Virus record (IMG/VR): IMGVR_UViG_3300013939_000003
DNA from: a virus
Direction: 5' to 3' (one strand)
Length of the DNA stretch: 42,216 nucleotides
In this document: positions 1 through 8,057 of the stretch, one piece after another
Layout: every line of letters starts with the position of its first letter
Numbering within the stretch: the first letter of the stretch is position 1
Position numbers and translations under genes: made by a program
Notes under the pieces: model-generated
Databases searched by the model: none
The model's input: only the letters and a program-made list of their open reading frames with translations
Told to the model about the DNA's origin: nothing

Positions 1-80
1 GACACCGACACCCCGGACATCAACCGGCACAAGAACGGGATCGCCCCGAACTTCGTGCACAGCCTCGACGCATCACACCT
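1..80. repeat. Terminal assembly overlap; bases 1-80 are identical to 42137-42216
   Basis: Direct comparison of the two window ends. The repeat lies inside the RNAP reading frame and preserves it (42137-40028 = 2109, divisible by 3). This indicates a circularised, permuted contig rather than a physical terminal repeat. Confidence 0.95.
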
Positions 81-330
81 CACGCTCACTGTGAACGCCG
101 CTGTGGCCGAGGGCATCACGTCCCTTGCCATGATCCACGACGACTACGGGACGCACGCAGCGGACGCGCCACGGCTGTTCCGCATCATCCGCGAGCAGTT
201 CGTCGGCATGTACCAGCGGCACGACATGCTCGCTGAGTTCCGGGCGCGCTACCCCGGCCTGCCCGAGCCGCCCGAGCAAGGCGACCTCGACATCGCGCAA
301 GTGCTTGAATCTCCGTACTTTTTCGCCTGA
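1..330 (+). CDS. Single-subunit DNA-dependent RNA polymerase, C-terminal part (continues 40028..42216 across the junction)
   Basis: In frame from base 1. Translation contains ...PNFVHSLDASHLT... and ends ...ESPYFFA, like the T7 RNAP C-terminus (...FAFA). Stop codon at 328-330. Confidence 0.92.
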   Translation, partial: DTDTPDINRHKNGIAPNFVHSLDASHLTLTVNAAVAEGITSLAMIHDDYGTHAADAPRLFRIIREQFVGMYQRHDMLAEFRARYPGLPEPPEQGDLDIAQVLESPYFFA

Positions 331-334
331 CGGA

Positions 335-357
335 GTTTCGGCACCCTACATAGACGA
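335..357 (+). promoter_or_regulatory. Phage RNAP promoter candidate P1 (GTTTCGGCACCCTACATAgacga)
   Basis: The 18-nt core GTTTCGGCACCCTACATA (17 nt, TTTCGGCACCCTACATA, in P3) recurs at 393, 15805 and 23892. It is intergenic, immediately after the RNAP stop. Confidence 0.7.
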
Positions 358-392
358 GACCCACCTCTGAATCCCTCGGGTAACTCAAGTGG

Positions 393-415
393 GTTTCGGC
401 ACCCTACATACACAG
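393..415 (+). promoter_or_regulatory. Phage RNAP promoter candidate P2 (GTTTCGGCACCCTACATACACAG)
   Basis: Full 23-nt match to P4 and 22-nt match to P3. It lies 58 bp after P1 and 9 nt upstream of the ATG at 424. Confidence 0.75.
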
Positions 416-423
416 GAGAAACC

Positions 424-639
424 ATGCTCCGCAACCTCATCAATCGCCTGCTGCGTCCGCTGCTGGCCCAGCGATACATCGTCCGGCTTGAGCCGTCGAT
501 CCTCGCTGACCTGCGCCGCAAGGTAGGAGGCACGTGTATCGTGACCTCGCAGACCACCGAACACATGGCTGGCTACCAACTGGGAATCGCCCATGTCCTC
601 AACGTACTGCAAGAAGGTTACACCGTGTCGCGTTCGTAA
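424..639 (+). CDS. Hypothetical protein (71 aa)
   Basis: First ORF downstream of the tandem promoters, with SD AGGAG upstream. No recognisable motifs. Confidence 0.6.
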   Translation: MLRNLINRLLRPLLAQRYIVRLEPSILADLRRKVGGTCIVTSQTTEHMAGYQLGIAHVLNVLQEGYTVSRS

Positions 640-1051
640 GGTAGATGCAAGGGATCGTTCCCGCATCTATTGCCAGATAGAGAAGGCAAGACAGCGAGTT
701 AAAGACTCCGACATCACCAAGCTCTCGTACACCGGGTACGCTACGGAAATGATTGTACTGGGTGGAGTCGATGCACTGATCCTAGATGAAGCCTTCCTAG
801 TAGTGTACGGCGTAGGTTCACCGTGGTACTCTGATCGAGTATTCCTTGAGGAGAAGATGGTACTTCGCATTGGCGAGGGTTCCAGCTTTGCCTCGGTGTG
901 TGATCTGCTGGACGACTTGGCTGTTGAACATGACGCCAACGACATCATCGTTGGTGGCGCACTAGCCAAGTATCCACGGGCACTCATTCGGATGTACAAA
1001 GCTCGTGGGTATGAACTGATGGACATCCCCTCACTAATCAAACGGAGGTAA
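593..1051 (+). CDS. Hypothetical protein with atypical codon usage; C-terminal half weakly GNAT-fold-like. Start uncertain (ATG 593 or ATG 749)
   Basis: Open frame with visibly lower GC3 (cta, gta, att, tat, aaa codons) than all neighbours. The C-terminus ...IIVGGALAKYPRALIRMYKARGYEL resembles the end of acetyltransferase folds. The 593 start overlaps the previous ORF by 47 nt and lacks a good SD. Confidence 0.55.
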   Translation: MSSTYCKKVTPCRVRKVDARDRSRIYCQIEKARQRVKDSDITKLSYTGYATEMIVLGGVDALILDEAFLVVYGVGSPWYSDRVFLEEKMVLRIGEGSSFASVCDLLDDLAVEHDANDIIVGGALAKYPRALIRMYKARGYELMDIPSLIKRR

Positions 1052-1053
1052 TC

Positions 1054-1368
1054 ATGGGTTCGATTTTCGGCGGAGGTTCCGCCAAGCGAGCCGCGAAGGA
1101 ACAGGCAGCTGCCACTCGTGAAGCCGCTCGCCGCGCTGCGGTTGCATCCAACTACCAAGCCGAGTCTGCTGCACAGCAGATGACGCTGGCTCAGGAACAG
1201 CGCGCGCAGCAGCAGTACGCGAACGACTTGCTGTCCACCCCGATGGAATCCGCGACGGTCGATCTCGCTGCACCTGCCGACGAAGGCGGTGACGACGATC
1301 TGCTGACCCGACGCCGCACCACGCGGCAGACCTATCAGGCAGACCGACGCTCCGGCCTAGCCGTCTAA
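1054..1368 (+). CDS. Small Ala/Gln-rich protein of the structural module (104 aa)
   Basis: SD GGAGG 6 nt upstream. It sits directly before the portal gene, as small virion-associated proteins do in phiKMV-like genomes. Confidence 0.7.
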   Translation: MGSIFGGGSAKRAAKEQAAATREAARRAAVASNYQAESAAQQMTLAQEQRAQQQYANDLLSTPMESATVDLAAPADEGGDDDLLTRRRTTRQTYQADRRSGLAV

Positions 1369-1377
1369 GGAGTAGGC

Positions 1378-2964
1378 ATGCACGCTGATACCGCATCCGG
1401 GCGGTGGAGCGAACTGGACTCGGATCGACAGACTTTCATCACTCGATGCGAAAAGTACAGCGCGTTCACCATCCCGAAGATTTGCCTTCCCGAAGGCTAC
1501 AACCAAAACAACGACGAGTTGCAGCACGACTACCAGTCGGTAGGCGCGCAAGCAGTGAACCACCTGAGCAACAAGCTCATGCTGGCGCTGTTCGCACCGA
1601 GTCGCCCGTTCTTCCGCCTTGACCCATCCGACAAGCTGCTTGCGCAAATGAATGAGTTGGGCATGTCGCGCGATGACTTGAACAACCAGCTGTCCACTGC
1701 GGAACAGTCGGCGATCAAGGAACTGGATCGGCGCTCGATTCGTCCGAAGATGTATGACGCGATGAAGCACATCATCATCACAGGCAACGCCCTGCTGGTG
1801 ATGGGCAAGGACAGCATGCGAGTGCTGGGCTTGAAGAACTACGTCGTGAAGCGCGACACCGATGGCATGGTCTTGGAGATCGTGACCAAAGAGTGCGTTG
1901 ACAAGCAAGGTCTCGATCCGAAGGTGGTTGCAGAACTCGGCGAGAAACTGACGTGCAGTCCCGATGGCAAGGTTGATCTCTACAAGTGGATCAAGCGGCG
2001 CGAAGATGGCGACTACGAACTGACGACTTGGGTGGGAGCAGACAAGCTCTCTGACAAGTTCGATGGTAAGTGGCCTGCCAACAAGATGCCGTACCGCGCG
2101 ATCACGTGGGACTTGGCAAGTGGCGACGACTACGGCACCGGACTCGTGGAGGACTACGCTGGCGACTTCGCCGCGCTGTCCATCATGTCGAAGGCGACCG
2201 TGCAGGCCGCGATCCTCGCGTCTGAGTTCCGCTGGCTGGTCAACCCGGCTGGCATGACGCAGCCCGAGGACTTGGAGAAGTCCGAGAACGGCGCAGCACT
2301 TCCCGGTGTGCAAGGCGACATCAGCCTCGTGCAGTCCGGCAAGTCCGCTGATCTGCAAGTCAACGTCAACATCGCGCAGGAATACATCCAACGCATCGGC
2401 ATGGGCTTCTTGCTCGCGTCCGCCACGACCCGCAATGCGGAGCGCGTGACGGCAGAGGAGATTCGCCGCAACGCTGAGGAGTTGGAGAACTCGCTCGGTG
2501 GTGCGTACTCGCGCATCGCTGTCGATGTGCAGATGCCAATGGCGTACTGGCTCATGGATATGTCCGGCAAGAAGATTGCTGGTACGGACATTGAGCCGAC
2601 CATCGTTACTGGTCTCGCTGCACTCTCGCGTTCTGGCGACCGCGACAACTTGGTCTTGTTCTTGCAGGACGTGACCATGTTGAGTTCGTTGCCGCCTGAT
2701 CTCCGCAACCGGATGCGCATTGGCGCAATCCAATCTGCATTCGCGTCAGCCCGTGGGCTGAACGTGGCGCAGTACCTACTAACCGAAGCTGAATTCCAAC
2801 AGCAACAGGCTGCTCAGATTCGTGAACAGATGGCGATGGAACTTGCTAACCGCATGCCCATTGCAAACCCGGACGGCATCGACGCCTCGCAAGCTCTCAT
2901 TGCGAGTCGCGCTGCACAAACGGCTGAGTCTGCTCGCGCAGAACAAGTAGCACGACAGGAGTAA
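1378..2964 (+). CDS. Portal (head-tail connector) protein, T7 gp8-like
   Basis: 528 aa, with SD AAGGAG. Size and position (before scaffold and capsid) match T7-group portal proteins. Confidence 0.88.
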   Translation: MHADTASGRWSELDSDRQTFITRCEKYSAFTIPKICLPEGYNQNNDELQHDYQSVGAQAVNHLSNKLMLALFAPSRPFFRLDPSDKLLAQMNELGMSRDDLNNQLSTAEQSAIKELDRRSIRPKMYDAMKHIIITGNALLVMGKDSMRVLGLKNYVVKRDTDGMVLEIVTKECVDKQGLDPKVVAELGEKLTCSPDGKVDLYKWIKRREDGDYELTTWVGADKLSDKFDGKWPANKMPYRAITWDLASGDDYGTGLVEDYAGDFAALSIMSKATVQAAILASEFRWLVNPAGMTQPEDLEKSENGAALPGVQGDISLVQSGKSADLQVNVNIAQEYIQRIGMGFLLASATTRNAERVTAEEIRRNAEELENSLGGAYSRIAVDVQMPMAYWLMDMSGKKIAGTDIEPTIVTGLAALSRSGDRDNLVLFLQDVTMLSSLPPDLRNRMRIGAIQSAFASARGLNVAQYLLTEAEFQQQQAAQIREQMAMELANRMPIANPDGIDASQALIASRAAQTAESARAEQVARQE

Positions 2965-2967
2965 AGA

Positions 2968-3786
2968 ATGACTGACATCCTGAACCCGACCGGCGCACCC
3001 GCTGCTCCGGCCCAGCCGGCTGCACCTGCGGCCCCCGCTGCTCCGGCTATCGACCCGGCAACTGGTCAGCCCGTAGCGCCTGCACCTGCGGCTCCCGCCG
3101 CACCAGCTGCTCCGGCACAGCCCGCAGCACCCGCTGCTCCGGTTGCGGAACCGGCATCCACGAAGGACGACAAGACGGGTGTGGTCACCTACGAGCCGAC
3201 TGGCGACGTGGGCCTCGACCTCGCTCTCGAATTCTTCGGCAAGCTCGGACTGGACTTCGCGTCCCCCGAAATGCAGGAAGCTGGCAAGGGCAACTTCGCT
3301 TACCTCGAAGCCAAGCTCGCCGCTCTCGGCGACAAGGCGCAGGGTGGCGACCGCTACCTCGCTCTGGCGAAGGACGCCTATGGCCGTCTGCAAGCCAACG
3401 ACAAGAGTGCATACGAAAGCCGCAAGGCTATCGCGCATGAAGCTGTCGGTGGCGAGGAGACGTGGAATTCGATTCAGGAGTTCGTGAAGGCGAACGCTGA
3501 ACCGGAAGAACTGGAACAGGTCAAGGCCGCGATGTTGCAGGGCGGTGTCGTTGCGAAAGCAATGGCCGAGCATCTGCATCGTCTGTACCTTGCCTCGTCC
3601 GGCACCGTCGCTGAACCGGCATCGCCGACGCGACATCAAGCCACCGCACCTGCTGGTGGTGCACCGCTGACCCGACAGGGATACCTCGAAGAAATGAATG
3701 CACTGGTCGCAAAGATCGGCTCTCATCGTCTCGACGGGTCACCTGAATATGCGGCTCTGCGTAAGAAGTACGCAAACCTCAAGTGA
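2968..3786 (+). CDS. Capsid assembly scaffolding protein, T7 gp9-like, with a Pro/Ala-rich N-terminus
   Basis: 272 aa, between the portal and capsid genes. Helical acidic/basic C-terminal half. N-terminus is APAAPAQPAAPAAPAAP... Confidence 0.8.
   Translation: MTDILNPTGAPAAPAQPAAPAAPAAPAIDPATGQPVAPAPAAPAAPAAPAQPAAPAAPVAEPASTKDDKTGVVTYEPTGDVGLDLALEFFGKLGLDFASPEMQEAGKGNFAYLEAKLAALGDKAQGGDRYLALAKDAYGRLQANDKSAYESRKAIAHEAVGGEETWNSIQEFVKANAEPEELEQVKAAMLQGGVVAKAMAEHLHRLYLASSGTVAEPASPTRHQATAPAGGAPLTRQGYLEEMNALVAKIGSHRLDGSPEYAALRKKYANLK
2992..3150 (+). repeat. Pro/Ala-rich low-complexity coding repeat in the scaffold gene
   Basis: TGCACCTGCGGC occurs at 3021 and 3081, exactly 60 nt apart. The encoded sequence is (A/P)-rich: APAAPAQPAAPAAPAAP...APAPAAPAAPAAPAQPAAPAAP. 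Confidence 0.8.
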
Positions 3787-3806
3787 TCCATACCAAGGAG
3801 TAATAC

Positions 3807-4805
3807 ATGCCTCTGTTTACCATTACCCCGGTGCGCCCGAATCAGCAGAACCAGTCGGGTGCGCTCGACGCACTGAACATCACGGAGTTCACCGGCATCG
3901 TGGAGGGCACCCTCGCCCGTACCTCGAAGCTCGACCCGTACATCCAGCGTCGCCGCGTTGTCGGCACCAACTCGCTGACCAACTACGCTGTCGGTGAGAC
4001 GCAGCTGCAAACCTTGCAGCCGGGTGTCGCGCCGGATGGCTCGCTGGTCTCGTTCAGCAAGCTGAACCTCGTGATCGACACGGTGGTTCTGGCTCGCAAC
4101 ATCTTCCCGCTGCTGGAAACCTTCCAGAACAACTTTGACGTGCGCAAGCAGGTCGGTCAGGAGCAGGGCAAGAAGATCGGCAAGTTCACCGATCAGGCGT
4201 TCATGATCGCGGGCATCAAGGTTGCCCGACTGGCGAACTCCGCCTACGCGAACGTCGCTGGCGACAAGCCGGAAGGCCACGCTGGTGGTCACATCCAGAC
4301 CCTCGCTTCCGCTGCGGACGCGACCGATCCGGCTGCTCTGTATCAGGCCATCGCTGACGCGCTGGTTGCGATGGAGGAGAAGGACGTTTCGCCGCAGACT
4401 GAGGACGTGATGCTGATCGTCCGTCCCGAGCAGTTCTACGTCTTGCAGCAGGCCGAGCAGATCATCAACGGTGAATACCTCACCAGCGATGGCAACAAGC
4501 TGACCGGCGTGCCGATCTTCAAGGCGTGGGGCATCCCGGTGATCTCGTCCAACAACCTGCCGAACACCAACATCACGGCTCACCCGCTGTCGAACGCGAA
4601 CAACGGCAATGCCTACGATGTGGATGCGACCAAGGTTGTCGGTCTGCTGATCTCGCCGCGCGCTCTGCTGGCTGGTGAGACCATCCCGCTGACCAGCAAC
4701 GTGTTCTTCGATGACCTGTCGAAGCAGTGGTTCGTGGACAGCTGGCTGTCCTTCGGCGTGACCGGCAACCGTGCCGAGTTCGCTGCGACCATCGAAATTC
4801 CGTAA
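3807..4805 (+). CDS. Major capsid protein, T7 gp10-like
   Basis: 332 aa with a strong SD (AAGGAG), followed directly by a strong intrinsic terminator. Canonical position. Confidence 0.88.
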   Translation: MPLFTITPVRPNQQNQSGALDALNITEFTGIVEGTLARTSKLDPYIQRRRVVGTNSLTNYAVGETQLQTLQPGVAPDGSLVSFSKLNLVIDTVVLARNIFPLLETFQNNFDVRKQVGQEQGKKIGKFTDQAFMIAGIKVARLANSAYANVAGDKPEGHAGGHIQTLASAADATDPAALYQAIADALVAMEEKDVSPQTEDVMLIVRPEQFYVLQQAEQIINGEYLTSDGNKLTGVPIFKAWGIPVISSNNLPNTNITAHPLSNANNGNAYDVDATKVVGLLISPRALLAGETIPLTSNVFFDDLSKQWFVDSWLSFGVTGNRAEFAATIEIP

Positions 4806-4813
4806 TGCCAACG

Positions 4814-4853
4814 ACCGGGAGTGGAGCAATCCGCTCCCGGTTTCTTTCGTCTT
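4814..4853 (+). terminator. Intrinsic terminator downstream of the capsid gene
   Basis: 11-bp stem (4814-4824 pairs with 4831-4841, one G-U pair), 6-nt loop AGCAAT, then TTTCTTTCGTCTT. Confidence 0.85.
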
Positions 4854-4864
4854 AGGAGGACTGA

Positions 4865-5482
4865 ATGTTCATCACGCAGCTTGACGTAGTGAATGCGTGC
4901 CTCGCTACGATGGGCGAGACCCCGCTCAATACGTTGGAGGACGACCACAGCTACAAGGCTGCGGCCCTGTCCTACCTGACGCAAACCAACCGCATCGAAC
5001 AGAAGCGCGGCTGGTGGTTCAACAGCGAGTACATCGAACTCGTGCCCGATGTCAGCAAGTTCATCTACATCCCGCTTGACGCCATCGCGGTAAAGACTGT
5101 GGATCGTTGGTACACGCCGCCCTATGCGCAGCGTGGTAAGCGACTCTACAACATCGAGAAGAACAACTACGAATGGGAACAGAACCTTGTCGTTGACATC
5201 GTTCGCTTGCTCTCGTTCGATGATCTGCCGTTCCATGCAGCCGACGTTGTTGGCTACGGCACGGTGATGCGTTTCCAGCGGGAGTTCGATGGTGACACCA
5301 CTCGATACAACCAGCTGACGCAGGACTACGCACGTGCGCGCGCTGAACTGAGCGCCGAGAACACGCGCAACAAACGGCCCAATCTGCTGGCAACGCCCAG
5401 CAATCGCTACAAGATGGAACTGATCGGTGGCTTCGGTACGCGCGGTGCGCGAATCCCGTGGACACCGGGCTACCCACGATAA
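4865..5482 (+). CDS. Tail tubular protein A, T7 gp11-like
   Basis: 205 aa. The N-terminus MFITQLDVVNACLATMGETPLNTLEDD... is typical of gp11-like adaptor proteins. Position follows the capsid gene. Confidence 0.82.
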   Translation: MFITQLDVVNACLATMGETPLNTLEDDHSYKAAALSYLTQTNRIEQKRGWWFNSEYIELVPDVSKFIYIPLDAIAVKTVDRWYTPPYAQRGKRLYNIEKNNYEWEQNLVVDIVRLLSFDDLPFHAADVVGYGTVMRFQREFDGDTTRYNQLTQDYARARAELSAENTRNKRPNLLATPSNRYKMELIGGFGTRGARIPWTPGYPR

Positions 5483-5495
5483 CTGAGGAGTTCCC

Positions 5496-8057
5496 ATGAG
5501 TAAGGTTGGAGGCTCGTACGATTCTGTTGTCCTCGGCGTGTCCGAGCAGGTTGCACATGACCGCCGACCGGGACAGCATGAGGAACAGATCAACATGATC
5601 TCTGATCCTGTGCATGGACTCGCGCGTCGTCGCGGGTCTGTGTACAAGGACGAGTTCCTTGTTGGCGCAGGCACCCTCGCAGAATTCGGAACAGAGGCAG
5701 GCGCAATGCGCGAGTACACGTTCGTCATCGACGGCGTGGAATACTGCCTGCTGTTCAGGACGAAGGCAAGCACGAAAGGCAAGCCGACGTTCATGTATCT
5801 CTACAACAAGACCACCGACAAGTTCATGCCCATCGTCTATGAGAATAGCACGTGGGTCGATCAGCTGGTCAGTGGTGGCGCTACCTGCATGGCAAGTGTG
5901 GGGCGCTACGTGTACATCGCTGGCCGCACCACCATCCCACAGCTGACTGTGACGGATGTGTGGGACGTTACCAGCAACCTGTCGAAGATGGTGGCGTGGA
6001 TTCGTGGCGGCGCGTACTCGCGCACGTTCAGCATCACGCTCACTCGCACCGATGGCACGAAGCTCACGGTCTCGTACAAGACGAAGCCGAGCGCGTATCC
6101 CGAATTGCTGGACACCAGCGACATCCCGTTCTACGAGCCTGACGGTACGACTCCGCGTGAGGACTATCAGAAGGACATCAACGACCGCGTGTACGCCTAC
6201 AACTCCGCAGTGAACGCCTACATCGGCGAAGCTGCCGAGGACATTACTGGCGAGAACATCGCGCAGAAGTTGGTGGACGAGTTGCTGCTCGAAGGCGTGG
6301 CTGCTTCACGGCAGGACAGCACGGTCATCATTGACGATGCTGACTTCGTGGACATCAGTTCCGATGACGGTGGTGACAACACGCTGATCCGCGCAGTCGG
6401 TAAGGAAGTGAGTGCACCTACGCTCATGACCACGATCCACTACGTCGGCAAGGTGGTGCGCATTCGTCCGCAAGGCGCGAGTGACAGCGAGTCCTACTAC
6501 CTGACCGCGTACGCCAAGGACGACGTGAGTACCGGATGGACAGAAGTGATCTGGCGCGAAGGCGTTGGTGTGTTGCAGCAGCCGACGCGCATGTTCGCGC
6601 AGGCTGTGATTCATGCAGGCACGATGTACGTTGCGCAGAATGGTGCGGGTCTCGAAACTCTGGCTCCTGCCAGTGGCGAGCATCCCGACTACAAGCCCAA
6701 CGCTGTCGGTGATGCAGTGAGCAGCCCGACGCCGGAGTTCTTCGGTCGGCCCATCACGATGATGACGGTGTTCCAAGATCGTCTGCTGCTCGGTAGTGGA
6801 GGTACGGTGAACTGCTCTCGTCCGGGTGACTACCTCAACTTCTTCCGGCAGACGGTGCTGACGATTCAGGACAACGACCCCATCGAAATGTTCAGCTACG
6901 GTGCTGAGGGTGACACGTTGCGCAGTGCAGTGATGTACGACCGCGACCTCATCATCTTCGGTGACCTCAAGCAGTATGGCATCACTGGTCGCAGTGTGCT
7001 GTCGGCGAAGTCTCCGAACATCACGACGGTATCCGCACACGAGGACGCAACCACTGCGTTCCCAGTTGCAAGCGGCAACTTCGTGTTCTACGGTAAGAAC
7101 GCGGACGGCGACGAGGGCGACCTGCGCACGACTCTGCACCAGTTGCAGATCGGCCAGCTGATCGAATCGCCCGTGTCGTACGAAGTCTCGCAGCAGCTTG
7201 ACCAGTACATCAAGGGCACGCCCTGTCAGCTGATCGCAATCACTGCGCCGAACATGATCCTATACCGGACGGAGGAAGTGCCCAACGACATCTACGTGTA
7301 CGCATACGTGGACGACCAAGGCGGCGGGCAACGCTTGCTGGACTCGTGGTCGAAGTGGCATTACCATCCGACGCTGGGTCGTATCTGCGGTGTGAGCGCA
7401 CACAACGGTACTGCACTGATCTTCACCATGCGCGAGCGTGGAGAGAACATTGTCATCGTGGCAGACAAGCAGAGCGTCAACACCGAGCTTGGCTCCTTGC
7501 CGTACATGGACAGCATGAAGCGTGGCGACTTGGTTGGCACCGGCTGGCACAGCGTTGTCGATCACGGCCTGCTCGCAGTGTCCATTGACAGCACGTCCAA
7601 CTACTTCCTGCTCGGCACACAAGCTGACGAAGTTGCGGACTTGCTCGACCAGTTGGACGGTGTGACCAACACGCAGCTGTGGTACGGTGTGGTGTCCGAT
7701 GCAACAGTGACGCCGACGAATCCGTACTTCCGCGACAGCAACGGTAAGGCAGTCCTCAGTGGGCGCTTGACCTTGAACCAAGTTAAACCCAGCGTCACCA
7801 AGACCAGTGGGCTGATCGCTACCGTCACGACTGTGAACGGCAGCATCACGACCACCGAATTTAACGGGCGCGTCCTCGGACTGAGCAGCAACCTCATCGC
7901 TCGCCAGCCCACGCCGACCACGCAGCTGACCGTGGGTGTTGGCCGCGAGGTACGAGAGTGCAGCTACACGTTCACGTCGAAAGACTGGTTGCCGATGACG
8001 GTGACCGCAATCGAGTGGACAGGTCAATACTTCAACCGAGTGCGGAGGGCTGGTTAA
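5496..8057 (+). CDS. Tail tubular protein B (nozzle), T7 gp12-like
   Basis: 853 aa, directly after the gp11-like gene. Size and order are canonical. Confidence 0.82.
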   Translation: MSKVGGSYDSVVLGVSEQVAHDRRPGQHEEQINMISDPVHGLARRRGSVYKDEFLVGAGTLAEFGTEAGAMREYTFVIDGVEYCLLFRTKASTKGKPTFMYLYNKTTDKFMPIVYENSTWVDQLVSGGATCMASVGRYVYIAGRTTIPQLTVTDVWDVTSNLSKMVAWIRGGAYSRTFSITLTRTDGTKLTVSYKTKPSAYPELLDTSDIPFYEPDGTTPREDYQKDINDRVYAYNSAVNAYIGEAAEDITGENIAQKLVDELLLEGVAASRQDSTVIIDDADFVDISSDDGGDNTLIRAVGKEVSAPTLMTTIHYVGKVVRIRPQGASDSESYYLTAYAKDDVSTGWTEVIWREGVGVLQQPTRMFAQAVIHAGTMYVAQNGAGLETLAPASGEHPDYKPNAVGDAVSSPTPEFFGRPITMMTVFQDRLLLGSGGTVNCSRPGDYLNFFRQTVLTIQDNDPIEMFSYGAEGDTLRSAVMYDRDLIIFGDLKQYGITGRSVLSAKSPNITTVSAHEDATTAFPVASGNFVFYGKNADGDEGDLRTTLHQLQIGQLIESPVSYEVSQQLDQYIKGTPCQLIAITAPNMILYRTEEVPNDIYVYAYVDDQGGGQRLLDSWSKWHYHPTLGRICGVSAHNGTALIFTMRERGENIVIVADKQSVNTELGSLPYMDSMKRGDLVGTGWHSVVDHGLLAVSIDSTSNYFLLGTQADEVADLLDQLDGVTNTQLWYGVVSDATVTPTNPYFRDSNGKAVLSGRLTLNQVKPSVTKTSGLIATVTTVNGSITTTEFNGRVLGLSSNLIARQPTPTTQLTVGVGREVRECSYTFTSKDWLPMTVTAIEWTGQYFNRVRRAG

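Noticed and set aside
645-668. Hairpin GATGC-aa-GGGA tcgt TCCC-GCATC after ORF 424..639, considered as a terminator.
   Set aside because: It is a short bulged stem with no T-tract, and it may lie within coding sequence if the 593 start is real. There is not enough support to call it.
4780-4810. Possible T7-style -1 frameshift extension of the capsid protein (10A/10B).
   Set aside because: No X-XXY-YYZ slippery heptamer lies near the 3' end (...ATC GAA ATT CCG TAA). The terminator hairpin follows immediately, leaving no room for an extension ORF.
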